Assembly (NCBI GenBank): GCA_033722075.1
Contig: JAWVZU010000004.1
Span: forward strand, 1 to 41,001
Direction: 5' to 3'
From: Lysobacterales bacterium
GTDB lineage: Bacteria; Pseudomonadota; Gammaproteobacteria; Xanthomonadales; SZUA-38
Length of the DNA: 41,001 nucleotides
In this document: positions 10,001 to 18,646 of the stretch, piece after piece
Layout of the letters: every line of letters starts with the position of its first letter
How positions within the stretch are numbered: the first letter of the stretch is position 1
Made by a program: the position numbers and the translations under genes
The notes under the pieces: generated by a model
Database searches by the model: none
Told to the model about the DNA's origin: nothing
Seen by the model: only the letters and a program-made list of their open reading frames with translations

Positions 10001-10193
10001 CTTCGAGATGGACGCCGGAATCGTCCAGCGCGACCGTGTCGCATCGACCCGAACCGGCACCGCCGAGTTCGGCCGTTCGCTCGCCTTGCTGGAGAGCGAC
10101 CTGGTGGTGGGCGCGCCGGGCTCAGCCGGCGGCGCCGGCCGAGCCCTGCTGGTGATCAACAACGACCGACTGTTTGCTACCGGCTTCGAATAG
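7077..10193 (+). CDS. Secreted BNR/Asp-box (VPS10/YCF48-like) propeller protein fused to a 7-repeat FG-GAP propeller, ending DRLFATGFE
   Basis: Signal peptide; more than 10 Asp-box repeats (RSTDGGLTW, RSDDGGITW, KSTDGGATW...); from about 9090, seven FG..A......VGAP repeats. Confidence 0.85.
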   Translation: MWFSLSLAALLTAAPGPEALLKGGIFGESGERQFGLWRPINEGLEGGLVAALAFDPGDNSIALAGTPLGTFRSTDGGLTWSASRAGLPRQSTVVELIHHPTMPDRVFAATASNGVFRSDDGGITWVPRNTGMEFIGLRSLAVDPNDGDRLIAGTTFAFVYVSEDGGANWQSFEITSVGGGSVTALAIDPVTPATLYAGLITFGGGGEGVFKSTDGGATWSLSSNGLDVGGPILGVADLALDPNSPNVLYAGAGECQGIFRTTDGAQNWTQVNNTSCGDAVVIDPADSNRVIATDAISLDGGANWTASQPNFRPGEASPEFDDGGQAYAFQPGTNRILAGGNKWGIYRSDDNGTTWSPARTGLHAGVASDIAPLDRNLLIAPIDEIGIFRSTDGGQSWTSTDSPGDLDFNRLEFSPSDRQVGYVGTENDGVFRTGDGGLTWQAANTGIEDASVEDIAIDPADPDHLYVATDTFSAGGVFLSTDGGQSWMSSGLSLATDGEVYALSIHPTDGNTVYAGVFDPNGTHAQAVYRTDDGGLNWQPTDTSLNAGGNGVAALEINFADPDTLYAGTLGNGVYKTSDGGLSWAQLTATDTSATIFDIAIDPGNPERIFTSDGDFSSTAGAAFRTVGPNFPFGFNVRFNGEDGLTVYNNGDFGLFERRLDESQIDVESDQVGSGDRFGRQVLIERNRTFVGAPGEGDGAVFVFRREGELAVQVQRIDVPAGFAASEFGRAIAVDGDTLVIGAPGVANPVKGTPLKAAIFRRAQQGWTFQKAVTPSVSQADDAFGAAVAIEGRTIVVGAPLDNEIAPAAGAGYVFDFDGDNVMEIGRMTGNDSGASYGTAVATRNGKIAFGAPGSPIDQAATGAVSIFDRVADNLVGFDELIGSADDDQFGTALALDGKTLAVGAPGMDMTGPDEGAVLLYGLDAQNATQTAAVTAALSDPGAGFGDAVALQQGVLAVGAPQAQNTTGATGAAYVFEMDAGIVQRDRVASTRTGTAEFGRSLALLESDLVVGAPGSAGGAGRALLVINNDRLFATGFE

Positions 10194-10210
10194 AACCGGC
10201 TTCGAATAGA
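10179..10210 (+). repeat. Perfect 16-bp tandem duplication ACCGGCTTCGAATAGA x2 covering the last codons and stop (T-G-F-E-*)
   Basis: 10179-10194 is identical to 10195-10210. Confidence 0.95.
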
Positions 10211-10215
10211 AGGGG

Positions 10216-13200
10216 CTAGCGATCGAGACGACGGATCCCCTTTGAGTTGCCCCCGCCGGCAGCGAAATCGGATATCGCATCGATCTTGATCGGCCCGACA
10301 TCCAGGTTTGCTTCGTCGACCACGATCTCATCGAGGTCGGTTGCCTCCGGGATCCCGCCGCACAACTCGCCCGCATCGCAGATGAACCCGTCGTTGTCCA
10401 GGTCGGTACCTGCCAGCAGCAGGTACTCACCGGAAAGAACCGCCTCGAACTCGACTGACGGATTGTCTCCGGAAATCACATCGACGCCGAGAACGCCGCT
10501 GGTGACCGGGTCGAGCAGAACCGCGAAAACCGTGCCGAACTCTCCGGGCACGTCAACCTCTCCGACCTCCATACTGACCGGTACCGAGGTCATGCCGGAA
10601 CCGGTATCGAAACGGATCGTCGCCCGGTAGCGGCCATCCGGCAGATCGGTGCGATCCACGGCCACACGGTAGACACCCAGACCGTTCGCATCCACATCGC
10701 TCTCGCTCACGGTCACGAAACTCTGGTCCACACTGATTCCCTCGACCGCCAGGCCTTCGCCGCCGCCATTGCGGAGTTCCAGGTCCAGTTCATCGACCAT
10801 GGCGCCGAAATTCAGGCTTTGCGGTGTTGGCACGAGGATCGGCGTCACCGTACCGCCACCGGCGATGGTCTGGGCCCATTGGACGGCTGCCAGCGCATCG
10901 ATCCGACCGAAGCCGAAGGTATCGTTGCGCACCATCGGCCCGTCCTCACCGAGGTCAACGGTGATTTCGCCGCTCATGATGGCCTGGTCGAATTCTTCCG
11001 GCGACAGCTCCGGGTGGACGGCCTTCATCAGGGCGGCAATGCCGGCCACATGGGGCGAGGCCATGGACGTGCCGTTGTAGAAGACGGCGATGGGTGACCG
11101 CGGGGTCTCACTGTCATCGAACAACAGGCTCAGCACCCCGTCGCCGAAGCCGTCGCCGTCGACATCGGTCCCGGTGTTGCCGCCCGGCGCCGCTATGTCG
11201 ATTGCCGAACCAAAGTTCGAATAGGGCGCCTTGGAATCGGTGATGGTCGTAGCCGCGACCGAGACGACGCCGTCGTAGGACGCCGGGAAGAACAGCTCGT
11301 CCGAGTTGCTGTTACCGGCGGCCGCGACGACGATCACGCCCTTCTGCCGGGCCTGATCGATCGCATCCGCCATCGCCTGCGACATGCCGGGCCCGCCCAG
11401 ACTGAGGTTGACGATGTCCGCGGATCGCGACGGCAACGTGCCAGAATCGTTGGACAGGCCGGCCGACCAGCGAAAACCCTGGATGATGTCGAAACCGGAG
11501 CCCGAACCACCGCGACCCAGCGTGCGGACCGGCATGATGGTCACTTCCCAGTTCACCCCGGCGAGGTTTCCACCGTTATTGGTATCTGCGCCGACCGTCC
11601 CCGCGACGTGGGTTCCGTGATAAGAGCCGGTCCCATCCGGGTTACCGCGATCGCCCGGGTCGTCAGCGTCCGGATCGATACCATCGAAATCCAGCGCGCT
11701 GAGCGTGTTGCGCACGAAATCGAAGCCGATCGAGAAGTCGACGTTGATCGCATTGTCGGGGTGCGCCCCAACGCCCGTGTCGATTACGGATACGACCACG
11801 TCCCGGCTCCCGGTCGTGATATCCCAGGCCTGTTCCAGGCCGATCAGGGGGTAATGCCATTGGAACGAATAGAACTCGTCGTTCGGCACGGCCTGGGTCT
11901 GGTAGACGAAATTGGGTTCGGCGAACGCCACGGCGGGATCGGCATTCAGCCGCTTTATGCCGATCAGCGTCTCCCATCTCCGACCCTCGCCCAGGCCGAA
12001 TCCGGCCCCGGCAAAGCGCGCCTTCCAGGCTTCAACCTCGGAGGCGGACTTGGCATCGGCCAGTCCGACGAGCAATTCCCGGTCCGGTGCTCCGCCTTTA
12101 TGAAGCAGGCCCTTGGGCAGCATCGAGCGGGTCCAGGCAGCCTTGTCGCCGTCTTCCAGAACCACGACCGCTTCGAAGGGAACCAGCGCATCCATGACGC
12201 TCATCTTGGAGGCCATGCCGGGGCCCGGCTGACCGGTCGTGATGACGTACGGCGAAGCCCCGCTGAAGCCGTCGACAACCAGGAAATACTCGCCGCTCTC
12301 CGGCGCCGTGACCATTTCCCGGTCGTCCAGCGACTGGGAGGCGTCAACCGGTTCATCGAGATCGTCGATGGTGAACAGCAGCAGATCCAGGTCGACCGCG
12401 GCCCGGTCGTCCCGATCGTGGTCGGAAACCTCCATGAAAGCGGCCTGCCCCGCGGCCATGCGAATGCGGTAGACATCCAGGACGTCTCCCTCGCCTGCGA
12501 AACGGGAGTCGTCGTTGCCGCTGCCGCTCGCCGACGCAAAGCCGGCCAGGCGCACGGGATTGGGCAGTGCCTGCGCCGTATCCGCGGTGTCGTTGGAGGC
12601 AAAGGGAAAGTCCGGGTTGTTGACGTCCGAATCCACGACCAGGTTATTCACCGGGCTCAGCTCGCCGGTGACATTGAAGGAGGGTCCGTCGAAGCCCACC
12701 ACGACGTCTTCCAGCTCGGTGAGCCGCACCAGGCGCATCTCGCCGTCGCCGAAATCGCGGGGACCCACGAATGCCATGGAACCCAGCTGCCCGCTGCCGT
12801 TGAAAGAAAACGCCATGGGACCGAACTCGATGCGCTCGACCAGGTCGGGATCGAAGTCGGGGCCGAAGATGCCGCCGCGCGTATATACCGATGACTCGAC
12901 GAACACCCGATTCCCGTCCACGACGCCCTCGCCGATGATCCACAGCGGCCGGCCTTCGGGGTCGTAGGTGAACCAGAACACGACCGCATTGGCGGCATCC
13001 AGGACCTCGATGAGAAAGCCCTCGCCGACCCGCTGCGGGTCATACCAGGCAGCGCTCACGGACGCGTTCAGACCGGTCTTTGCGGCGGCTCCGCATTCCA
13101 CGCCGGCGATCGAGGTGAGCCGGATCATCTCCTGCGACCCCTCGCCGAAGATCCCGTCATACTCGAGGGTCGCGGAATCACAGGTCGCAAAGGTCATGGT

Positions 13201-13548
13201 GTAGCTGCCCCAGGGATCGAGGACCACGTCCTCGGAATCGAACGACTCACCGAATCGCGCGCCCTGGGGGGCAAAGGCCTCTTCGAAAACGATCCGATTG
13301 CCGTCGATGGTGCCCACGGAGAGGATCCACAGCTGGTTTCCGGCATCGTCGTAGGTGAACCAGTAGCTCAGGGCCCGGTCCTCGGAAAGGATCTCGACCA
13401 GGATGCCCTCCCCATCGTGGGTCGGGTCGTACCAGGTGCCGCTGATCGAACCGTCCAGGGCCGTGAGCTCAGCACCGTCCTGGGCCAGGACGACAGGGGT
13501 GCAGAACAGCCACGCGACCCCCAGAATGGCGTATGCGATACGTTTCAT
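10216..13548 (-). CDS. Secreted S8 subtilisin-like serine peptidase with two N-terminal WYDP repeat domains, PPC-like domain and C-terminal Ig/BACON-like domains
   Basis: Catalytic triad motifs VIDTG, HGTHVAGT, GTSMASPHVAG; oxyanion AAAGN; signal peptide MKRIAYAILGVAWLFCTPVVLA. Confidence 0.93.
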   Translation of the reverse strand: MKRIAYAILGVAWLFCTPVVLAQDGAELTALDGSISGTWYDPTHDGEGILVEILSEDRALSYWFTYDDAGNQLWILSVGTIDGNRIVFEEAFAPQGARFGESFDSEDVVLDPWGSYTMTFATCDSATLEYDGIFGEGSQEMIRLTSIAGVECGAAAKTGLNASVSAAWYDPQRVGEGFLIEVLDAANAVVFWFTYDPEGRPLWIIGEGVVDGNRVFVESSVYTRGGIFGPDFDPDLVERIEFGPMAFSFNGSGQLGSMAFVGPRDFGDGEMRLVRLTELEDVVVGFDGPSFNVTGELSPVNNLVVDSDVNNPDFPFASNDTADTAQALPNPVRLAGFASASGSGNDDSRFAGEGDVLDVYRIRMAAGQAAFMEVSDHDRDDRAAVDLDLLLFTIDDLDEPVDASQSLDDREMVTAPESGEYFLVVDGFSGASPYVITTGQPGPGMASKMSVMDALVPFEAVVVLEDGDKAAWTRSMLPKGLLHKGGAPDRELLVGLADAKSASEVEAWKARFAGAGFGLGEGRRWETLIGIKRLNADPAVAFAEPNFVYQTQAVPNDEFYSFQWHYPLIGLEQAWDITTGSRDVVVSVIDTGVGAHPDNAINVDFSIGFDFVRNTLSALDFDGIDPDADDPGDRGNPDGTGSYHGTHVAGTVGADTNNGGNLAGVNWEVTIMPVRTLGRGGSGSGFDIIQGFRWSAGLSNDSGTLPSRSADIVNLSLGGPGMSQAMADAIDQARQKGVIVVAAAGNSNSDELFFPASYDGVVSVAATTITDSKAPYSNFGSAIDIAAPGGNTGTDVDGDGFGDGVLSLLFDDSETPRSPIAVFYNGTSMASPHVAGIAALMKAVHPELSPEEFDQAIMSGEITVDLGEDGPMVRNDTFGFGRIDALAAVQWAQTIAGGGTVTPILVPTPQSLNFGAMVDELDLELRNGGGEGLAVEGISVDQSFVTVSESDVDANGLGVYRVAVDRTDLPDGRYRATIRFDTGSGMTSVPVSMEVGEVDVPGEFGTVFAVLLDPVTSGVLGVDVISGDNPSVEFEAVLSGEYLLLAGTDLDNDGFICDAGELCGGIPEATDLDEIVVDEANLDVGPIKIDAISDFAAGGGNSKGIRRLDR

Positions 13549-13624
13549 AGTTGATGCCTCCGGAAGATCCCCATCCGGCGCAGCAACGCCGGATCCTTCA
13601 TGTCTTTAGCATAACGCAAAGCCC

Positions 13625-13661
13625 TTGCCGCCGTCGGTGGCTTTTGGTACATTGCGCGCCC
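13625..13661 (+). promoter_or_regulatory. sigma70 promoter of tRNA-Val with GC-rich discriminator
   Basis: TTGCCG (13625-13630), 17-bp spacer, TACATT (13648-13653), then GCGCGCCC: typical of stringently controlled stable-RNA promoters. Confidence 0.75.
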
Positions 13662-13677
13662 TTCACGCGACACACGT

Positions 13678-13754
13678 GGGCGATTAGCTCAGTTGGTTAG
13701 AGCGCCGTCTTGACATGGCGGAGGTCACTAGTTCAAATCTAGTATCGCCCACCA
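13678..13754 (+). tRNA. tRNA-Val (GAC)
   Basis: Acceptor stem GGGCGAT/ATCGCCC + ACCA; D arm AGCTCAGTTGGTTAGAGC; anticodon arm CCGTC-TTGACAT-GGCGG; T loop GTTCAAATC; 77 nt. Confidence 0.97.
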
Positions 13755-13769
13755 CGATTCCCCCCCTTC

Positions 13770-15080
13770 TCATGAAGGCCCGCCGGCCCACCCCGATTCG
13801 AACAGGTAGCGGATGATGTCCCGGGTCCGGTCACCCCAGATCGGATGTGCCTGCTCGGCCAGTTCGTCAGCAAGCTTCTCGGCTTCCTCCCACGGCGTCG
13901 TCCCGGCCTTTTCGGACCGGTCCAGAACTTCCAGGGTTCGCTGAAAAACGCCCGATTCGCTGTCACGCTCGAGATGCTTGTCAATGGCGGGGTCGCCGGG
14001 GAACCACCCGTATTGTTCATTGGCGCAGTTGACGATCCCCATCCGGTTGGCCAGGAAATCCGGCACGAAGAGCACGCCGTTTTCGGCCAGCAGGCGGCAG
14101 TCCCGGGCCGGAGCCTCCAGTTGGTTGTTGGCCGCACCGCAGACGATCGGCGCCTTGATCGCGGGAATGGTTTCGGGATTGAGAATGCCGCCCACCGCAT
14201 TGGGCACCAGCAGGTCACAGGCTTCGGCGAGAATCTTGTTGTCCCGGCGATCTACCGCGGTTGCCCTCAGCCATTCCGCGCCGAATTGCTCGGTGACTCT
14301 TTTCACCCGCACCGGGTCGACGTCCGTCGCAATCACCCCGGCCACGTCCCGCTCCCGGAGTTCGGTCAACATGAAGGTTGCCACGTTGCCGAGCCCTTGC
14401 ATGGCGATCCGCTTTCCGGCCAGGCTGCCTCGGCCCTGGTGCTCGAGCGCCGCCTCCATGGCCATGCAGACGCCGCGTGCGGTCTTTTCGCTGGGATTGC
14501 CACTGCCGCCAAGGGCTTCCGGGACGCAGGTGGTAAAGCGTGTCGTGGCGTGGATGTGCAGCATGTCCTCGGGCCGGGTCCCGACATCCTCGGCCGTCAC
14601 GTAGCAGCCTCGCAAGCCGGACATGAAACGGCCATAGTCGCGGAACACCCGGCTGCGCACCGCCGGGTCCCGGTGGTCCTGGTCTGCGCGGCGCGCGATG
14701 ACGCCCTTGCCGCCGCCCCACCACAGCCCGGCAAGCGCCGACTTCTGACCCATGCCCCGGCTCAGGCGCAGGCCGTCGTGCAGGAATGCATCGAGATCAT
14801 CGTATTGCCAGTAGCGAACCCCGCCGGCCCCCTGACCGCGCAGCGTTCGATGCAATGTTGCGGACATGAGGTGACCGCTTTCGGCGCCGATCTCGAGAAA
14901 GAGCCCGTCGTGTGAATCGAAGTCCCGATCTTCCGCAAGGGCCGCGGCAAGGGGGTCGAGCATGGGGTGGGAGCAGCGTAGCCGCTGCTCCCGGCGATCC
15001 CAGATCAGCGCGGCCCGCGCCAGCCCGGCTTCACGAAACGTCTCGATGCACTGATCGACCGGTTTTTGCCAGTCCAGCAT
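13770..15080 (-). CDS. Glu/Leu/Phe/Val dehydrogenase
   Basis: Motifs GAGGVR, GMGQKSALAGLWWGGGKGVI, YVTAEDVG, GSGNPS..TARGV, QGLGNV, CGAANNQL, PDFLANRMG. The true start MLDWQ (15080) overlaps the upstream stop; the ORF-track extension to 15413 overlaps the upstream gene. Confidence 0.92.
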   Translation of the reverse strand: MLDWQKPVDQCIETFREAGLARAALIWDRREQRLRCSHPMLDPLAAALAEDRDFDSHDGLFLEIGAESGHLMSATLHRTLRGQGAGGVRYWQYDDLDAFLHDGLRLSRGMGQKSALAGLWWGGGKGVIARRADQDHRDPAVRSRVFRDYGRFMSGLRGCYVTAEDVGTRPEDMLHIHATTRFTTCVPEALGGSGNPSEKTARGVCMAMEAALEHQGRGSLAGKRIAMQGLGNVATFMLTELRERDVAGVIATDVDPVRVKRVTEQFGAEWLRATAVDRRDNKILAEACDLLVPNAVGGILNPETIPAIKAPIVCGAANNQLEAPARDCRLLAENGVLFVPDFLANRMGIVNCANEQYGWFPGDPAIDKHLERDSESGVFQRTLEVLDRSEKAGTTPWEEAEKLADELAEQAHPIWGDRTRDIIRYLFESGWAGGPS

Positions 15081-16183
15081 CAGTTGCTCTTCTTGACCGG
15101 CCGGTAGAACTGGGCCCAGAAGACGAAAGCCCGCGCCTTGCGGGTCTGGATCCAGACCTTGCCCTTGCCCTTGAAGCGGCAGACCAGTCCTTCCCCGGAA
15201 AAGAACAGCGACTTGTAGCCGGCGACCTTGGTGATGTCGTAATCCAGCCCTTCGGTGAAAGCGACGATATGCCCGTTGTCTACGACGTGCTCGCCGTCGA
15301 CGTCGATCTCGAGCATTGCGCCGTAGGTATTGAACCAGACCGAACCGGTCCCGCTGACCCGGATCAGGAACAATCCCTCCCCGGAGAAAAAGCCCTTCTT
15401 CAGTCCCTGCCACTTGGTCTGGACTTCGACGCCGGGGGTCGACGCCACGAAGGCGGAGTTCTGCAGATACAGGGTCTCTCCCTTCAGTTCCACGTGAGCC
15501 ATGTCGCCGGGCACCGACGGTGAAATACCGATGCGCCCGGGACCGCCCTCGGCGGTAAACTCGTTGATGAAAAGCGATTCACCGCTGACGAACCGCTTCA
15601 GGCCGCCGCCCATCCGGGTCTTCATCTTCAGGTTCGTGTCCATGGTCGCCATGGCGGCGGCTTCCACGGTCAGCGATTGGCCGGCGGGTATTTCGACCGT
15701 CGCGTGGGCGTAGTCCGGCCTGGCCTCCATCCGGAACCGGTAGTCACCCGCCTGCTGCCACTCCGTCGTCATGGTCTGATCCGCGCCGACCGCTTCGATC
15801 TCTTCCGTCGGCGCCGAAGTGCCCACCACGCGATCGCCATCCTCGACTGCCGGCATCTCCTCCGTCGACGCCGAGACAACGCGCTCCCGCTCGGAGACCG
15901 CGGGGACCTCCTGGGTGGACGCTTCCGGCACCTTGGGCCGATCGTCGGCTTCTCCGTCCATGGGGCGGACGGTCACCACCAGGCCTGCGTTCTCGAGACG
16001 CCGCGCGTACTCCTCGGCAACCGGTTGATGAATGCCCTTCTTGACCGTGACGGGGCTCCCCTCCAGCAGCTTGGCTGCAGCCTGTTCGGGCAGCTTGAGC
16101 TGGTCCTGCAGCTGCCGTATGGCCTCTTCGGGCGTGATACCCGGCTTCGCTTTTCCGCTGGCGACTACTTTATAGGTGCTCAT
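15080..16183 (-). CDS. TIGR00266/AIM24-family protein with an extra N-terminal domain and acidic repeat linker
   Basis: C-terminal AIM24 motifs (E...MATMD, GESLFINEF, PGD, FFSGEGLF, VDNGHIVAF, GEGLVCRFKGKGKVWIQT). Start MSTYKV with RBS GGGAGG. Confidence 0.88.
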   Translation of the reverse strand: MSTYKVVASGKAKPGITPEEAIRQLQDQLKLPEQAAAKLLEGSPVTVKKGIHQPVAEEYARRLENAGLVVTVRPMDGEADDRPKVPEASTQEVPAVSERERVVSASTEEMPAVEDGDRVVGTSAPTEEIEAVGADQTMTTEWQQAGDYRFRMEARPDYAHATVEIPAGQSLTVEAAAMATMDTNLKMKTRMGGGLKRFVSGESLFINEFTAEGGPGRIGISPSVPGDMAHVELKGETLYLQNSAFVASTPGVEVQTKWQGLKKGFFSGEGLFLIRVSGTGSVWFNTYGAMLEIDVDGEHVVDNGHIVAFTEGLDYDITKVAGYKSLFFSGEGLVCRFKGKGKVWIQTRKARAFVFWAQFYRPVKKSN

Positions 16184-16193
16184 GAGAACCTCC

Positions 16194-16871
16194 CTACCCG
16201 ACCGGCCGAAGGTGCGGCCGCAGCGCCAGACCGAACCCTCGTGGCTGGTGCGACTGACACCAGACGGTGCCCTTGCCCTTGAAGCGACAGACCAGGCCTT
16301 CGCCGCCCAGGATGGAATGCAACCAGCTGCTGCCGGCCTTGGACAGGGAGAAATCCAGCGTGTCGTCGAAGGCAACAATGTGGCCGGTATCCACGACGTA
16401 TTCGCCGTCGACCTCGATCGGATAGATCGCACCGAAACTCGAGAGCACGATATGCCCCTGTCCCGACAGGCGCAGCCAGAACATCCCCTCGCCGGAGAAC
16501 AGGCTCTTGAAGCCCTGCCATCCGAGGTCGACTTCGATGCCTTCCGCGGAAGCGACGTAGGAGCCGGACTGGACGATGAGATTGGTGTGCTCCAGCGCCA
16601 TGGCCAGCATGTCACCGGGCAGGCTGGTGGCCAGCAGGACCTCGCCGCCCGTCGGGGCAACGTAGTGATTGAGAAAGAAAGACTCGCCGCCGAGCTTTCT
16701 CTTTACCGCCTTGAGCATACCGCCGCCGGAGCGCTTGTGGGTCGTGGTCGTGACGTCCATGTCGCCGCTCATGGCAATCATCGCGCCGGATTCGGCGGTG
16801 AGCTGTTCGCCCTTGTCGAGGTGGACGCGGGCCGCCGAATTACCCGGGCCGTGGACGATTTCGATCTGCAT
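16194..16871 (-). CDS. TIGR00266/AIM24-family protein
   Basis: Motifs AESGAMIAM, GGESFFLN, LPGD, FSGEGMFWL, VDTGHIVAF, GGEGLVCRFKGKG. Confidence 0.92.
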   Translation of the reverse strand: MQIEIVHGPGNSAARVHLDKGEQLTAESGAMIAMSGDMDVTTTTHKRSGGGMLKAVKRKLGGESFFLNHYVAPTGGEVLLATSLPGDMLAMALEHTNLIVQSGSYVASAEGIEVDLGWQGFKSLFSGEGMFWLRLSGQGHIVLSSFGAIYPIEVDGEYVVDTGHIVAFDDTLDFSLSKAGSSWLHSILGGEGLVCRFKGKGTVWCQSHQPRGFGLALRPHLRPVG

Positions 16872-16882
16872 GGCGGACCCCC

Positions 16883-17542
16883 TCAGAATTTAGGATTCAG
16901 CCAGGCCGCAAGGCCGGAAACGCTGCGGGTCTGGATGACATAATGCCCCTTGCCTTCGAGCCGCGTCACCAGGCCCTCGCCGCCGAAGAAGCTAGAGAAC
17001 AACCCGCCGGCGAGCTGGGCCTTGAGCTTGACGCCGGGATCGTAGGCCACCAGGTGGCTCGTATCGACCACCGTCTCGCCATCGACCTCGCGATCGAGCA
17101 GAGCGCCATAGGCCCCGTACCAGCAGCGTCCCTGGCCGGACACTACCAGGCGGAAGAGGCCTTCCCGGCCCAGCCAGGAGACGATCCCCGCCCAGCTCAG
17201 CCCCAGCTTGACGCCCGGTTCGGCCGCGATGAATGCCCCGGGCTGGAGATACATGGAGTTCCCGTTCAGCTCGATGCAGTTCACGTCCCCCGGATATTTC
17301 TGGGCCAGGGTGATCGCCGCAGGCTCCGATGCCTTGTTGGTGAATTCGTTGATGAACAGCGACTCACCGCCGAGAAACTTGCGCAGCAGACCGCCGATCA
17401 GCCCCCCGTTGAGCCGGGTCTGCATGTCTATCGGACCCGCCATGGTCGCCATCGCGTCCGACTCGGCGACGATGCTCTCGCCGCCGGCGAGTTCGACTTC
17501 CAGGTAGGCAAACGAGGGTTTTCCCTTGATCTCGACTTGCAT
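16883..17542 (-). CDS. TIGR00266/AIM24-family protein
   Basis: Start MQVEIKGKPSF with RBS GGAG; motifs AESDAMATM, GGESLFINEF, YPGD, GREGLF, VDTSHLVAY, GGEGLV. Confidence 0.92.
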   Translation of the reverse strand: MQVEIKGKPSFAYLEVELAGGESIVAESDAMATMAGPIDMQTRLNGGLIGGLLRKFLGGESLFINEFTNKASEPAAITLAQKYPGDVNCIELNGNSMYLQPGAFIAAEPGVKLGLSWAGIVSWLGREGLFRLVVSGQGRCWYGAYGALLDREVDGETVVDTSHLVAYDPGVKLKAQLAGGLFSSFFGGEGLVTRLEGKGHYVIQTRSVSGLAAWLNPKF

Positions 17543-17543
17543 C

Positions 17544-18641
17544 TCACTCCTCCCGAAGGGCGGCCTTGAGCGCCAGGAAACGATTGCTGAGATCCACCGT
17601 AACAGATCCCTGCGGGTCGATCTCCGCCCGGATCGCCCTGATTCGTTCCGCCGTTGCCGGATGGGAGCGCAGAAAGGACGGGATGTCAACGCCACGTCGA
17701 TTCTCTTCCTCGAGCAGCGATTCCAGGAACGCCGCCAGGCCCTCCGGATCGACGCCCGACTGCTGCAACAGGTCAACGGCCAGTTCATCGGCCTCCGCTT
17801 CGAAGCGCTGCGAATACTGCAGGTGTATCAACGCCGGTGCCGCGGCCACGACCGCGGCAGCGACGCCGCTGACATCGCCGAACACAAGCTGGATCGCCGC
17901 CAGCCAGCCCAGGGAGTTGATGATCGCGCGCGTGCCATGCTGGGCGGTGACATGAGCGAGCTCATGGGCCAGCACGCCGATCACCTCGTTCGCCTCGCCG
18001 GCGTTTTCCACCAACCCGGTCTGCACCACGATCGTCCCCCCCGGAACCGCAAAGGCGTTGATTTCCGGATCCCTGGCGATACAGAACCGAAACTCGTAGC
18101 GGGAGTCGTTCAGTGTAGTTACCAGAACCTCCGCCAGGCGACCCAGCGCTTGCGCAGCAGCACCGTCGCATTCCAGCTGACCGGCAGCGGCGTATTCATT
18201 AACTGCAGCCTCGCCCATTCGTTCCTCCCAGCTGGCGGGCACCTGCGAGGCGGCAAAGCGGACCAGGCCGTTCCAGCTGAAAAGCAGTCCGACCGGCAGC
18301 AGTGCGACCAGCGCGAGTGCCGCCGCAGGGACGGCCCAGCGGAAGCGGCGCTTGCCCTTCAGCCGGGCCACCTGCTGCGTGAGCTCGCTTTCCGGTCTCT
18401 GCCCAAGCGCCGTCAGGAGACGGCGATCACGGACCTGTATGGACCAGGCGGGCTGGTCCGGGTGGCTGAGGAAGACCAGGGCATCGTTGGCGCCGCCCAG
18501 GGTCACTTGCAGGCCGCGATAAGGCAGCGCCACGCTCGCCGTTTCCGCCTCGAAACGAACCGCTTGATCGGCCAGGATCAAACGTCCGCCACCGCGGCCG
18601 CCAGGAAGATCGGGATGAAACGCGCTGGCCTTGAGGTTCAC
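17544..18641 (-). CDS. M48 family metallopeptidase with N-terminal PH-like region and one TM segment
   Basis: Motifs INAFAVPGG, GVLAHELAHV, YSQRFEAEAD, FLRSHP. GTG start. Confidence 0.9.
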   Translation of the reverse strand: MNLKASAFHPDLPGGRGGGRLILADQAVRFEAETASVALPYRGLQVTLGGANDALVFLSHPDQPAWSIQVRDRRLLTALGQRPESELTQQVARLKGKRRFRWAVPAAALALVALLPVGLLFSWNGLVRFAASQVPASWEERMGEAAVNEYAAAGQLECDGAAAQALGRLAEVLVTTLNDSRYEFRFCIARDPEINAFAVPGGTIVVQTGLVENAGEANEVIGVLAHELAHVTAQHGTRAIINSLGWLAAIQLVFGDVSGVAAAVVAAAPALIHLQYSQRFEAEADELAVDLLQQSGVDPEGLAAFLESLLEEENRRGVDIPSFLRSHPATAERIRAIRAEIDPQGSVTVDLSNRFLALKAALREE

Positions 18642-18646
18642 GCGAC

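Noticed and set aside
13678-13770. tRNA-Val as an integration site for an island
   Set aside because: No integrase nearby, no duplicate of the tRNA 3' end noticed in the window, and a housekeeping-type gene ends 15 bp downstream.
15081-15413. ORF-track N-terminal extensions (13770..15413, 15080..16660, 16883..17788, 32163..34013) suggesting fusions or frameshifts
   Set aside because: The extensions overlap upstream genes in other frames; internal ATGs with RBS or stop-start coupling give normal-length proteins.
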